Shown: positions 9,370 through 23,364 of the stretch, piece by piece
Layout of the letters: every line of letters begins with the position of its first letter
How positions within the stretch are numbered: the first letter of the stretch is position 1
Assembly: GCA_047602405.1 (NCBI GenBank)
Contig: JASGHJ010000002.1
Location: forward strand, 256,001-320,000
Length of the DNA stretch: 64,000 nt
Source: Anaeromyxobacteraceae bacterium
Lineage (GTDB): Bacteria; Myxococcota; Myxococcia; Myxococcales; Anaeromyxobacteraceae
Reading direction: 5' to 3'
Position numbers and translations under genes: made by a program
Notes under the pieces: generated by a model
The model's database searches: none
What the model was told of the DNA's origin: nothing
The model's input: only the letters and a program-made list of their open reading frames with translations

Positions 9370-11373
9370 ATGCGCCGACTGGCACGCGTCCTCTTCGCCT
9401 CGGGCCTCGGGCTCGCCGACCCCGCCGCGGCGGAGGTCGAGCCTTCCGCCGAGCCGGAGGCCGTCGAGCTCGACACCATGGTGATCCGCACCGGGAAGGC
9501 GGACTCGCCCGGGGTCACCACCACCCGCCTCGACCGCGAGGCCCTGGAGCCGCTCGACGCGGGCTCGGCCGCCGAGCTCCTCGAGGCCGTCCCGGGCGCG
9601 CAGGCGCGCACGAACTCGCGCGGCGAGACGCTCGTCTACGTCCGGAACTCGGGCGAGCGGCAGCTCGCGGTGTACCTCGACGGCGCGCCGCTCAACGTGC
9701 CCTGGGACAACCGCGTCGACCTCTCCCTCGTGCCCGCGCCGCTCGTCGACCGGGTCGCGGTGATCCAGGGGCCGGCGCCGGTCGAGTACGGCACGAACGT
9801 CGCCGGCGGGGTCGTCGAGCTCGCGACCGGCTGGAGCCGCGGCGCGCGCCGCGCGGTGGTCGAGGTGCAGGCCGGCACCGGCGGGCGGCTGCAGCTCTCC
9901 GCCGGCCACGGCGCGGGGGAGGGGCCCTGGCGCTGGTCCTTCGGCCTCACGCACGCGCAGGCGGACGGCCAGGCGCTCGCCTCGGGCGCGGACCTCGCCT
10001 TCAGCCAGCCGGCCGGCTCGCTGCGGACCAACACCGACGCGCGCACCACCGCGCTCGCGGCCCGGGGCGGCTGGGACGCGGGACACGGCACCTCCGTCGC
10101 GCTCACGGTCGCCCACCTCGACGCCGAGCGCGGGATCGCCCCCGAGGGCCACCGCGACCCGTCGGTCGCGCGCGTCCGCTTCTGGCGCTACCCGGAGGCG
10201 CGCACCACGATGGCCGTCGTCTCCGCGGAGGGCGCTCCGCTGCCGCGGCTGGGCTGGCGCGGCGCGGCCTGGGCGAGCCGGTCGGTGCAGCTCATCGACG
10301 CCTACGCCGACGCGACCTACGCGACGGTCCGCTCCCGCGAGGACGACGACGACCGGACCTTCGGCGGCCGCCTCGCCGGCCGGTACGCGCTCGGCGCCGC
10401 CGGGCTCACGCTGGCGGTCAATGCGCTCTCCTCGACGCACCTCCAGCGCGACCTCACGTTCAGCGCGACCGCCACGCCGGCGCCGCGCCTCGTCTACCGC
10501 CAGGCGACCTTCTCGAGCGGCGCGGCCCTCGAAGCCGCGCCCTGGGCCGGCGCGGCGGCGACCGCGGGCGTGAGCTGGGACGCGATGTCGCCGCTGCGCA
10601 CCGGCGACAAGCCCGACCTCGACCGCTTCGACGGCCTCGGCGCGAACGCCGGCCTGACGCAGGACCTCGGGCCCGTCCGGCTCCGCGCGGCCGCGGGGCG
10701 CAAGGTCCGGTTCCCGACCCTCCGCGAGCTCTTCGGCGACGCGCTCGGCCAGTTCCTCGTCAACCCGGGCCTGCGGCCGGAGACGTCGCTCCTCGGCGAG
10801 GCGGGAATCGAGGTGCGGGCCGCCGGCGTCCGGGCGGGCCTCACCGCGTTCGGCACCCGCACCCGGGACGCCATCGACCAGCGCTCGGTCACGCTGCCGG
10901 GGGAGACCCGGCCGCGGCGCCAGCGGATCAACCTCGAGGGCTCGCGGGTGGTCGGGGCCGAGCTCGCGGTGGTCGCGCTGCTGCCGCGCCACCTCGAGGT
11001 CGACGGCAGCCTCGTGGTCTCCCGCGCGCGGCGCGTCGCGGACGCGCCGGGCGGCGAGACGCGCCTCGCCGAGAAGCCGGAGGCGCTCGGCCGGCTCGCG
11101 CTCGGGTGGGCGCCGCCCGAGGGCGCGTCGGCGCGGGTCACCGCGAGCTACACGGGGCGGGCGTACTCGCTCGCGGACGACGGCAGCTTCGTGGCGCTGC
11201 CGTCCTCGCTCGCGTTCGACGCGCGGCTCGGCTGGCGGGTGCGGTGGGAGGGCGACAGGACGGCGGAGCTGTTCGTCCGCGCCGACAACCTCACCGACGC
11301 GACCGTGGTGCCTCAGCTCGGCCTGCCGGCGCCCGGCCGCACGGTGCAGGTGGGCGCGAACGTCGGGTTCTGA
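9370..11373 (+). CDS. TonB-dependent receptor
   Basis: Signal peptide, plug domain (LLEAVPG, VYLDGAPL, VIQGPAPVEYG...AGGVV), NPGLRPE, C-terminal Phe. Confidence 0.88.
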   Translation: MRRLARVLFASGLGLADPAAAEVEPSAEPEAVELDTMVIRTGKADSPGVTTTRLDREALEPLDAGSAAELLEAVPGAQARTNSRGETLVYVRNSGERQLAVYLDGAPLNVPWDNRVDLSLVPAPLVDRVAVIQGPAPVEYGTNVAGGVVELATGWSRGARRAVVEVQAGTGGRLQLSAGHGAGEGPWRWSFGLTHAQADGQALASGADLAFSQPAGSLRTNTDARTTALAARGGWDAGHGTSVALTVAHLDAERGIAPEGHRDPSVARVRFWRYPEARTTMAVVSAEGAPLPRLGWRGAAWASRSVQLIDAYADATYATVRSREDDDDRTFGGRLAGRYALGAAGLTLAVNALSSTHLQRDLTFSATATPAPRLVYRQATFSSGAALEAAPWAGAAATAGVSWDAMSPLRTGDKPDLDRFDGLGANAGLTQDLGPVRLRAAAGRKVRFPTLRELFGDALGQFLVNPGLRPETSLLGEAGIEVRAAGVRAGLTAFGTRTRDAIDQRSVTLPGETRPRRQRINLEGSRVVGAELAVVALLPRHLEVDGSLVVSRARRVADAPGGETRLAEKPEALGRLALGWAPPEGASARVTASYTGRAYSLADDGSFVALPSSLAFDARLGWRVRWEGDRTAELFVRADNLTDATVVPQLGLPAPGRTVQVGANVGF

Positions 11374-11385
11374 ATCTCGCGGGGG

Positions 11386-11430
11386 CGTCCCTCGACTCCG
11401 GCCCGCTTCGCGGGCCTACGCTCGGGATGA
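11386..11430 (+). repeat. REP-like palindrome family 2, copy 1
   Basis: 45-nt CGTCCCTCGACTCCGGCCCGCTTCGCGGGCCTACGCTCGGGATGA, identical at 42869 and 63656. Confidence 0.92.
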
Positions 11431-11445
11431 GCGGTCCGGGCGAGG

Positions 11446-11853
11446 CTAATCCTTCCGCCCGCCCTGGATGACGCCGAACCGGGGGCGCTTCTTGACCGGA
11501 GGTTTCAGTCCGCCACCCAGGACGGACGGCCAGGGGAACGCGCAGTCGTGCCGCAGCCCCCTGAAGGTGAGGGTGCACCGGATGCCCCACTCGTCGAGCA
11601 TGAGCTCCGGGCAATCGCGCCCGACCACGAGGTTCACCCGGACGACGTCCTCGGCCTCGAGGTACCGGGGCAGCTCGACCCCGGGTGCGGCCGGCGCGAC
11701 GTGCACGTACTCGAGGGCGGCCGCCTCCTGGCAGGCCTCCAGCATCTCGCCGTAGCGGCGCTGGAGCGCGTACAGGCCGAGGACCCCCTGCGACCAGGCG
11801 GGACAGGTCGGCAGGCAGCGGCCGTCGGGAGCGTGATCGTGCGGGGATTCCAA
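11446..11853 (-). CDS. SspB-like ClpXP adaptor family protein
   Basis: PGVELP, LDEWGIRCTLTF, FPWPSV, C-terminal KRPRFGVIQGG tail; near clpPX; start uncertain. Confidence 0.65.
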   Translation of the reverse strand: MESPHDHAPDGRCLPTCPAWSQGVLGLYALQRRYGEMLEACQEAAALEYVHVAPAAPGVELPRYLEAEDVVRVNLVVGRDCPELMLDEWGIRCTLTFRGLRHDCAFPWPSVLGGGLKPPVKKRPRFGVIQGGRKD

Positions 11854-11934
11854 GGCGGCCCTCTCCTACCACGATCCCGGGCGCGTGGGCCCGGTGCGTG
11901 GTAGGACACGGGGACTCAAGCTTTCGCGACCCAC

Positions 11935-12016
11935 GGGCGGGTGGCGAAACTGGCAGACGCACCAGACTTAGGATCTGGAGCCGAAAGGCGTGAGGGTTCG
12001 AGTCCCTCCCCGCCCA
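11935..12016 (+). tRNA. tRNA-Leu(TAG)
   Basis: Acceptor GGGCGGG/CCCGCCC, anticodon arm CCAGA-CTTAGGA-TCTGG, long variable arm GCC-GAAA-GGC; usual position before tig. Confidence 0.95.
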
Positions 12017-12092
12017 CTTGCCGCTTGACCGACCCCGCCGCGGGCCGTATCGCTACCCGCCCGAAACCACTGCACCTCCGGAGCGAGCCACG

Positions 12093-13379
12093 ATGAAGAT
12101 CCAGGTCGAGAACGTTTCCCCCGTCGAGCGCAAGGTGACCATCGAGGTCGACCCGGAGCGCGTCGCGAAGGAGCTCGAGCGGGCCTACCGCGGCCTCTCG
12201 CGGCGGGTGAAGGTGGCGGGCTTCCGCCCCGGCAAGGCGCCGCGCAACGTGCTCGAGCGCCACTACAAGCCGGAGGTCGAGGGCGAGGTGCTCGAGAAGC
12301 TCGTCCAGGACACCTTCGTCGAGGCGGTGAAGGTCGAGTCGATCGCCCCGGTCGCCCCGCCGCAGGTCTCCATCACCGAGCCGCTCGCCGAGGGCCAGGC
12401 GCTCAAGTTCTCCGCCAAGGTCGAGGTGAAGGCGAAGTTCGAGCCGAAGGGCTACAAGGGCCTCAAGGTCGAGAAGAAGGCCGCCGAGGTCACCGACGCG
12501 CTCATCGACGAGGAGCTCAAGAAGCTCCAGGACCGCGCCGCGAAGCTCGAGCCGGTCGCCGACCGCCTCGAGGCGAAGGAGGGCGACTGGGCCGTCATCG
12601 ACCACAAGGGTACGGTCGACGGCGCCCCGTTCGACGGCTCCGACGCCGACGGCGTCACGGTGAAGCTCGAGCAGGGCACCATGCTCGACGGCAACATCCC
12701 GCAGCTCATCGGGAAGGCCGTCGGCGCCACGGTCGAGTTCGAGCAGGAGCTCCCGGCCGACTACCGCGTGGCCGCGGTCGCCGGGAAGGTCGCGAAGATG
12801 TCGGTGACCCTGCGCGGCCTCCGCCAGAAGGTGCTCCCGGCCCTCGACGAGGCCTTCGTGAAGGAGATCGGCCTCGAGGGGGTCGAGACCCTCGACGCGC
12901 TCAAGGCCCGGATGCGCGCCGACCTCGAGAAGCGCGAGACCCGCAAGGTCGAGAGCGAGTTCAAGGACGCGCTCGTGAAGTCCGCGCTCGGGGAGAACTC
13001 CTTCGAGGTGCCGCCCGCGCTCGTCGAGCGCGCCATCGACACCATGATCGAGGGTGCGGCGGAGCGCTTCGCCCGCTCGGGCCTCGACATCCGCAACATG
13101 GACCTCGACTTCGCGCGCATGCGTGGCGACCTTCGCGACCAGGCGCTGCAGCAGGTGCGCGGCGCCCTGTTGCTCGAGGCCATCGCGGACCACGAGAAGG
13201 TCGAGGTCACGGAGGAGGACTTGCAGAAGGAGCTCGGGCGCCTGTCGGAGGACATCGGGGTCCCGCTCGAGATGCTGAAGAAGCAGATGCGCGGCGTGGA
13301 GCAGCGCGAGGCGCTAAAGAGCAGGGTGCGGGAGGAGAAGGTCCTCGCGCTCATGGCGGCGGCGGTCGCGCCGGCCTAG
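12093..13379 (+). CDS. tig: trigger factor
   Basis: GFRPGKAP ribosome-binding motif, FKBP domain, position before clpP. Confidence 0.96.
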   Translation: MKIQVENVSPVERKVTIEVDPERVAKELERAYRGLSRRVKVAGFRPGKAPRNVLERHYKPEVEGEVLEKLVQDTFVEAVKVESIAPVAPPQVSITEPLAEGQALKFSAKVEVKAKFEPKGYKGLKVEKKAAEVTDALIDEELKKLQDRAAKLEPVADRLEAKEGDWAVIDHKGTVDGAPFDGSDADGVTVKLEQGTMLDGNIPQLIGKAVGATVEFEQELPADYRVAAVAGKVAKMSVTLRGLRQKVLPALDEAFVKEIGLEGVETLDALKARMRADLEKRETRKVESEFKDALVKSALGENSFEVPPALVERAIDTMIEGAAERFARSGLDIRNMDLDFARMRGDLRDQALQQVRGALLLEAIADHEKVEVTEEDLQKELGRLSEDIGVPLEMLKKQMRGVEQREALKSRVREEKVLALMAAAVAPA

Positions 13380-13449
13380 ATACTGGATCCGAAGCCGGCA
13401 GCGCGGCGCAGCGACGCGAGCCGAGAGGCAGCACGGAAGAGAGGAACCG

Positions 13450-14061
13450 ATGCCCTACATCCCCATGCCGTTCGTCGTCGAGCAGACCCACCGCGGCGAG
13501 CGGAGCTACGACATCTACTCCCGCCTGCTCAAGGACCGCATCGTGTTCCTGGGCACGCCGGTCGACGACGACGTCGCGAACGTCATCATCGCCCAGCTCC
13601 TCTTCCTCGAGTCCGAGGACCCGGACAAGGACATCAGCCTCTACATCAACAGCCCGGGCGGCTCGGTGACCTCCGGGCTCGCGATCTACGACACCATGCA
13701 GTACGTGAAGCCCCAGGTGTCCACCATCTGCCTCGGCCAGGCCGCCTCGATGGGCGCCTTCCTGCTCGCCGGCGGCGCGGCCGGGAAGCGCTTCGCCGTG
13801 CCGAACGCCCGGATCATGATCCACCAGCCCCTGGGGGGCTTCCAGGGCCAGGCCACCGACATCGAGATCCAGGCCAAGGAGATCCTCCGGATCAAGGCCA
13901 AGCTGAACGAGATCCTGGCCAAGCACACGAAGCAGCCGGTCGAGCGCATCGAGAAGGACACCGACCGGGACAACTTCATGGGTCCCGGAGAGGCCAAGGA
14001 ATACGGGCTGATCGACCAGGTGATCGTCCACAACAAGGCGGCGGTGAAGAAGGACCAGTAA
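13450..14061 (+). CDS. clpP: ATP-dependent Clp protease proteolytic subunit
   Basis: [34 protein letters not shown]. Confidence 0.98.
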   Translation: MPYIPMPFVVEQTHRGERSYDIYSRLLKDRIVFLGTPVDDDVANVIIAQLLFLESEDPDKDISLYINSPGGSVTSGLAIYDTMQYVKPQVSTICLGQAASMGAFLLAGGAAGKRFAVPNARIMIHQPLGGFQGQATDIEIQAKEILRIKAKLNEILAKHTKQPVERIEKDTDRDNFMGPGEAKEYGLIDQVIVHNKAAVKKDQ

Positions 14062-14164
14062 GATGGTGGGAGGGGGGCCGCACGCCCCCCCGGACCCGCC
14101 ACCCCGGCTCCGGTGCAGACGCACCTGAAGGGCGCCGGGGGCAAAGCCCGCGAGAGGACTTCAC

Positions 14165-15403
<1,239 letters not shown>

Positions 15404-15721
15404 CACTCCGCGCGCCGCTCCGCAGGGCCAGTCCACGCCACCAGGCTCCCGCTCGCGGCCCGGAAGTCCGCGAATTCACGAGCCCCGGCCCCCGCGTCGC
15501 GTCGTGGCCCCGTTCACTGTCAGTAACTTGATTCGGCGGACGTTCCCTCCGGATCCGGATCCCCCTCCGGATCCGATTCCGCCTCGGCCCCGCCGTTCCT
15601 GACCCTGATCAAGCCGCGGGAGCCGCGCGCTCTCGCGCGGGCCTTCGCCCTTGACGGACCGCACCGAGAGTGCGAGGCCAGGGTGGCGCGGGCCTCCTGG
15701 GGTCCGCCCGGGGGACCGCCC

Positions 15722-16096
15722 ATGATCCGCACCGCTCTCGTCGCGCTCGTCGGCGCGCTCGCGCTGCCCGCGCTGGCCTTGCCTACGCTCGGGACCGGCA
15801 TCCCCGCCGCCACGACGGTCACCTTCACTTCCGTGGACGCGGTGAAGGTCGAGGATGGCTACCTCGTCATCACCGGCGTCGTGGAGGGTGATGCTGCGGC
15901 GAGCAGCCGGTACGCCATCTTCGACCTGACCTCCAGCTACGGCCCGCTCGCGGCCCCGAACCTCGAGGCCTGCGAGCGGTTCGCGCTCACCTCCATGGAG
16001 CGCCCGGGGCGCTACAGGCTCGAGGTGACGCAGGGCCGCAACTCCTTCTCGCCGCCGATCACGTCGGGCTGCCGGCTGGTGCGGGTGGCCCCGTAG
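15722..16096 (+). CDS. hypothetical secreted protein
   Basis: Signal peptide MIRTALVALVGALALPALA; two Cys; directly upstream of the repeat lipoprotein. Confidence 0.7.
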   Translation: MIRTALVALVGALALPALALPTLGTGIPAATTVTFTSVDAVKVEDGYLVITGVVEGDAAASSRYAIFDLTSSYGPLAAPNLEACERFALTSMERPGRYRLEVTQGRNSFSPPITSGCRLVRVAP

Positions 16097-16105
16097 GAGC
16101 GCGCC

Positions 16106-17620
16106 ATGTCGAACGCGAGGTGGCTCGCGCTCGCGGCGCTCCTCGCGGCGACCGCGTGCGGCCCTGAGGAGGCCCCACCCTGGGGCGGCACGTCGGATCC
16201 CGACGCCGATCACGATGGCTTCGCCGCGAGCGTGGACTGCGACGACGCGAACGCCGCCGCCTATCGCGCGGTGTCGCTCTTCCCGGACCTCGACGGCGAC
16301 GGTGTCGGCGCGGGCGCGCAGGCCGTGGTGTGCGCCGGGGCCGGGACGCCAGCGGGCTGGGCGGAGGCCGCCGGCGACTGCGCCCCGGGCGACGCGGCCG
16401 ACTGGCGCGAGCTTCCTTTCGCGGCTCGCGACGCCGACGGCGACGGCCGGTGGATCCTCGCGAGCGGCACGGTCTGTACCGGTGCGGCGCTCCCGCCGCG
16501 GTACGCGCTGAGCGCCGCCGGTGAGCTCGACTGCGACGACGGCGACCCGGGCCGCTTCCAGCTCCTCGGGCCCGTATTCGCCGACACCGACGGGGACGGC
16601 GTTGGCGCCGGCGCAGGTCAGCTGGTCTGCGCAGGCCGGGCGCTCCCGGCGGGCCTGTCGTGGACGGGCGACGACTGCGCACCGGCAGATCCGCTTTCCT
16701 GGCAGATGCTCACCTACCTTCACGTGGACGGCGATCGCGACGGCGCGACCATCCCGTCCTACGGTCAGCTCTGCACGGGCGACGCGCTGCCCCCCGGCTT
16801 CTCCACGGTGGCCTCCGGCGACGACTGCGACGACGCCGACGCCTCGCGCTCGACCTGGCGCTGGCTCCTGCCGGACGCCGACGGCGACGGCCGCGGCGCG
16901 GGCGTGGCGGAGCGCGTGTGCACGGGCCCGGGCGTGCCGGTTGGCTGGGCCACGGCGGGCGACGACTGCGCGCCCGACGACCCCGCGCGCTGGCGGGCCT
17001 GGGGATACACGGCACGTGACGCCGACGGGGACGGCGTCACGGTCCCCGCCATGGGGTCGCTCTGCCTCGACGACGGGCCGCCGCCCGCCGGTTACGGGAC
17101 CGTCGCGGTCGGTGACGACTGCGACGACGCGAACCCCACGCGCTGGGTCGCCGTCTCCGGGTTCCTGGACGCCGACGGCGACGGGGTCGGCGCGGGCCTC
17201 GCGGTCGCGGTGTGCACCGCGGGCGAGCGCCCACCGGGGCTCGCCGCAAGCGGGACGGACTGCGCGCCGGCGGATTCCTCGCGCTGGCGCGTGGCCTCGT
17301 ACGCGGGGGTCGATCGCGACGGCGACGGCGCCACCGCGCCGGAGGCCGGGCAGGTCTGCACGGGCGCGACGCTCCCGGAGCCCTACCGCGAGGCGCGCAG
17401 CGGCAACGACTGCGACGACGCGGACCCGGCGCGGTCCCGGTGGGTGGTGCTGTACGCCGACCAGGACGGCGACGGGGTGGGCGCCGGGCCGCGCGAGATC
17501 TCCTGCCTGGGCGCGTCGCTGCCCGCCGGGAGGGTGCTCCACGGCTGGGACGCCGACGATCTCGATCCCGGCGTGTTGGAGCCCGCCGAGCCGGGACTCC
17601 CGCTCGCGGTGTCGATGTAG
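16106..17620 (+). CDS. lipoprotein with tandem DxDxDG/Cys repeats (putative Ca/metal-binding)
   Basis: Lipobox ATAC; ten DxDxDG motifs alternating with DCAP.D and DCDD.D units. Confidence 0.85.
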   Translation: MSNARWLALAALLAATACGPEEAPPWGGTSDPDADHDGFAASVDCDDANAAAYRAVSLFPDLDGDGVGAGAQAVVCAGAGTPAGWAEAAGDCAPGDAADWRELPFAARDADGDGRWILASGTVCTGAALPPRYALSAAGELDCDDGDPGRFQLLGPVFADTDGDGVGAGAGQLVCAGRALPAGLSWTGDDCAPADPLSWQMLTYLHVDGDRDGATIPSYGQLCTGDALPPGFSTVASGDDCDDADASRSTWRWLLPDADGDGRGAGVAERVCTGPGVPVGWATAGDDCAPDDPARWRAWGYTARDADGDGVTVPAMGSLCLDDGPPPAGYGTVAVGDDCDDANPTRWVAVSGFLDADGDGVGAGLAVAVCTAGERPPGLAASGTDCAPADSSRWRVASYAGVDRDGDGATAPEAGQVCTGATLPEPYREARSGNDCDDADPARSRWVVLYADQDGDGVGAGPREISCLGASLPAGRVLHGWDADDLDPGVLEPAEPGLPLAVSM

Positions 17621-17653
17621 CGGCACTCCGCGGCGAGGGGCCACCCCCTGGCT

Positions 17654-19360
17654 CTACCTCTCCGCGTTCACGTACCGGAACCACGTGAGCCCGTCGACCA
17701 TCGCGTCGCCGGTGCCCGGGTTCCACCGCGGCGGCTCCTCCCGCCAGCGCTCCTCCAGTCTCGCGGCGAGCCCCCGGGCGTGGTCGAGGTACCCGCGGCG
17801 GAGCGCGGCCGCCTCCTCGTCGGTGAGCTCCGCCCGGCTCTGCTCCGCCGGCGGGACACCGTGGCGGGCGGCGCGCTCGACGGAGGCGAGGTCGAGCCCC
17901 ACCGGCCGCGGGTCGACGGGCTGCGAGCCGGCCACGGTCCAGAGCCCGTCCTTCAGCCCGAGCCGGTACAGCGGCACGAACGCCTCGCCGTGGTCGGCGA
18001 CGAACTCGACGGCGGAGAGCAGGAACTCCACCTCGTCCTCGGTCGCGTAGTAGGGCAGGGAGAGCCGCACCCAGCCCGGCTTCAGGCCCGTCACGCCGCA
18101 CGAGATGGCGGAGCGCAGCTCCTCGGAGCGGGCCCGGTCGATGCCGAGCAGCCGGTGCCCGTACGGCCCGGCGCACGAGCAGCCGGCGCGGTTCTGGATG
18201 CCGAAGAGGTGGTCGAGGAGCGCCGAGACGAGGTCGTGGTGCAGCCCCTCGACGTTGAACGAGAGGATCGGCAGCCGGGGCGCGTCGTGCGGGCCGTAGA
18301 GCGTGAGCCGCGGGTGCCGCGCGAGGCGCGCGATCGCCCGGGCCCCGAGCGCGGTCTCGTGCTCGAGGATCCGCGCGGGCCCCACGAGCTCCTTCACCTG
18401 GAAGGCGAGGCCGGCCCGGATGTCGCCGAGGATGTCGGGCGTGCCCCCCTCCTCGCGCTCGGCGAGGTGCGGCGTGTAGTCGACGGAGTGGCGCTCGAAG
18501 GCGGCGACGTACTCGACCGTGCCGCCGCCGGGGCGCTCCGGGGTCTCGCTGCGGAAGAGGCGCCGGTGGGCGACGAGCACGCCCGAGCCCTCCGGGCCGC
18601 CCATGAACTTGTGCGTCGAGACGAAGATCGCGTCGATCGCCTCGGCGGGATCGCCCGGGTGGAGGTCGATCGGCACGTAGGGGCCGGCCGCGGCGTAGTC
18701 CACGCAGGCGGCGTAGCCGTGGGCGTGCAGGATCCGGGTCACCGCGCGCACGTCGGTGAGCGCGCCGGTCACGTTGGACGCGGCCGAGAAGGCGCCGATG
18801 CGGAGGGGCCGGTCCGCGTGCGCGCGGGCCTTCGCCTCGAGGTCGGCGAGGTCCATCTGGCCGGCGGCGTCGAGGCCGATCTCCACCACCTCGGCCACCG
18901 ACTCGAGCCACGGCAGCTCGTTCGAGTGGTGCTCGAACGGCGACACGAGCACGATCGGCCGCTCGGCGGCGGGGATGTGGCGGGCGAGGTGATACTGGCG
19001 GTCAAGCGGCTCCGAGATGCGCAGGCCCAGGAGGCCGACGAGCTTGTTCACCGCCGCGGTCGCGCCGCTCCCCACGAAGAGCACGACGTCGTCCGGCGAG
19101 GCGTGGACCGAGCGCGCGATGGCGGCGCGGGCCTCCTCGCGCAGGCGCGACATGGTGCGGCCGGTCGTGGAGATGTGGGTGTGCGTGTTGGCGTAGTAGG
19201 GGCGGATCGCGGCGACCAGCTCGTCGACGAAGCCGAGCGCCCGGCCGGTCGCGGTCAGGTCGGCGTAGGTGACGAGCCGCTTCCCGAACGGGGTGGCGAC
19301 GAACGTGCGCCTCCCCACCTCGGAGCGCCGCAGCAGGGTGACCGCCTCGTCGAAGGTCAT
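17654..19360 (-). CDS. aminotransferase class V PLP enzyme (cysteine desulfurase-like)
   Basis: [51 protein letters not shown]. Confidence 0.9.
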   Translation of the reverse strand: MTFDEAVTLLRRSEVGRRTFVATPFGKRLVTYADLTATGRALGFVDELVAAIRPYYANTHTHISTTGRTMSRLREEARAAIARSVHASPDDVVLFVGSGATAAVNKLVGLLGLRISEPLDRQYHLARHIPAAERPIVLVSPFEHHSNELPWLESVAEVVEIGLDAAGQMDLADLEAKARAHADRPLRIGAFSAASNVTGALTDVRAVTRILHAHGYAACVDYAAAGPYVPIDLHPGDPAEAIDAIFVSTHKFMGGPEGSGVLVAHRRLFRSETPERPGGGTVEYVAAFERHSVDYTPHLAEREEGGTPDILGDIRAGLAFQVKELVGPARILEHETALGARAIARLARHPRLTLYGPHDAPRLPILSFNVEGLHHDLVSALLDHLFGIQNRAGCSCAGPYGHRLLGIDRARSEELRSAISCGVTGLKPGWVRLSLPYYATEDEVEFLLSAVEFVADHGEAFVPLYRLGLKDGLWTVAGSQPVDPRPVGLDLASVERAARHGVPPAEQSRAELTDEEAAALRRGYLDHARGLAARLEERWREEPPRWNPGTGDAMVDGLTWFRYVNAER

Positions 19361-19587
19361 GGGAGCGGGTTCTTATCAGCCCCGGGACCGGCGACGCCAG
19401 GCTGGCCGCCGGCGGCGGACCGATCGACGCGTCGCTCTCCTGCCGGGTGGACCCTAGGAGGTGTCCCCGATCCGGTCGGCAGCGGTCGATTGCGCCCTCG
19501 AAGAACCGGGGCCGGTCCGCGGTTAGATCGGTGTACCCTTGTCCCCTTGGGCCGGCTCCCCGCCGGGCCCGCGAAGGAGCAACAGAC

Positions 19588-22018
<2,431 letters not shown>

Positions 22019-22084
22019 GGCCGGCGCGGGGGAGGGGAACGCCACCCCGTGACGGTGGCGGTGCCTCGGGCCCGCCTCCGGGTG

Positions 22085-22372
22085 GCGTTTCCGATGGGTC
22101 GCCTCGCGGGGTCTCTCCGCTCCTCGGGCCCAGGGCAACGTCCCGCCGCGTCGGGGATCCTGGAGACGGCACCGAGCTGCTGGAGACCCGCGGCACCACC
22201 ACGTGCGCCATGCGAGGCGGGGAGCGTGGTGATGGGCGAACGGCGGTGACGAGCGCGGGCGGCATCGGCCGCCTCGCATGACACACTTGGTGCAGATCGC
22301 GGCTCCGATCTTGGGCGGGCCAGCCGTGGGCCCTGCGGTGCGGAGAGACCCCGCGAGGCGGCATGGGAAGCG
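22085..22372 (+). repeat. long imperfect-palindrome element, copy A
   Basis: Terminal arms GTCGCCTCGCGGGGTCTCTCCGC / GCGGAGAGACCCCGCGAGGCGGC; homologous to the reverse complement of 23365-23627. Confidence 0.85.
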
Positions 22373-22411
22373 TAGCGATGGGGTGAGGCAGTCTGGTCCA
22401 ACGTTTGTGTT

Positions 22412-22502
22412 GGCCGGATCGCCGGGCCTCTCTGCCCGCGGGGCTTCCGCAGACCCGCCCAAGATCGGAGCTGAGATCAGCGCGAAGCATGCCAGGCGCA
22501 GC
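22412..22502 (-). repeat. partial copy B of the long palindrome element
   Basis: First 28 nt identical to 23375-23402; similarity continues, degenerate, to ~22502. Confidence 0.8.
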
Positions 22503-22532
22503 ACTGCCTAGCCAGGACGGCTTCCAACCCGC

Positions 22533-23183
22533 TCAGCGGTTCCTCCCGGGCTTCTGCTCGACGGTCCTGATCGCCTTCTCGGCTTCTGATGCCTCGCCCG
22601 GGCGCCCGCATTTCCTCAGGACCTTTACCACCTGATCGCCGAACTCTTCCGCCTGCTCCGGCTGAAAGAGCCTCGCTGCCGCAACCAAGTGCGCTGATCC
22701 GCGCTCGACATCGCCCTGCTCAATGAGATCGTATCCGAGCTGAAGACGGCCCATAGCGAAATTGGGGTCCCTTCGAACGAGTTCCCGAATCTCTCGGCGC
22801 CGCTCGTCAGCATCGAGGAGCATGGTAGTGAACGTGTACCGCGCGTGCGAGTCAGCGGGTCGCAGCTTCAGGTACTCGCGATAGTAGGAATACGCGAGGG
22901 CCTTGTACTTCGGACGCTCCTCCTCCGTTGCATGCTGGGACGCGAAAACCCACGCGGCATCTCCCAGCAAGAGATTCGCTTCCGCGAGCTTGGCGCAACC
23001 CTCCGCAAGCGCCCGCTGGAGCTCGCGAATGCCCTCCCCAACCCCCTCCCGATTGCCCCCTTCCGCGTCGTAGACGTGAAGCTGAATCAGCCTCGACCCC
23101 TTTTCAAAGTGGACACACGGCTCGCCCACAGTCTGCTGCGGAGTCGACAGACACGACACGAGGATAAGGGAAAGAGGAGTCAT
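22533..23183 (-). CDS. AT-richer, probably foreign TPR-like hypothetical protein
   Basis: Atypical codon usage; hydrophobic N-terminus MTPLSLILVSC; TPR-like C-terminus (RRDPNFAMGRLQLGYDLIEQGDVERG); ATG overlaps an upstream TGA. Confidence 0.7.
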   Translation of the reverse strand: MTPLSLILVSCLSTPQQTVGEPCVHFEKGSRLIQLHVYDAEGGNREGVGEGIRELQRALAEGCAKLAEANLLLGDAAWVFASQHATEEERPKYKALAYSYYREYLKLRPADSHARYTFTTMLLDADERRREIRELVRRDPNFAMGRLQLGYDLIEQGDVERGSAHLVAAARLFQPEQAEEFGDQVVKVLRKCGRPGEASEAEKAIRTVEQKPGRNR

Positions 23184-23364
23184 CTGTGGTTCCAGTCCCT
23201 GTCTTCGCATGTTGTCTCGGTCGGAGGAGAATTCCCGCCGAGTGCCCGGCGCGCTGCCGTGAATACAATGCACCGGTCCAGCGCTTGTGTCCGAACAGTC
23301 AATCCATGGCGCCCGTGCCGATCCCACGGTTGCGTTCGCCATCCCTCCTCGACCCACCCACACC

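Noticed and set aside
4897..12016. Prophage or genomic island integrated at the tRNA genes
   Set aside because: No integrase, no duplicated tRNA 3' end seen, and flanking genes have host-like codon usage.
17654..19360. Selenocysteine lyase functionally linked to selD
   Set aside because: It is 15 kb from selD and the motifs only support a generic class-V desulfurase-like enzyme; the substrate cannot be read from sequence.
22396..22415. Integron attC site (CCAAC...GTTGG) next to the foreign gene
   Set aside because: The cores are only ~6 nt apart, far shorter than an attC, and no integron integrase is in the window.
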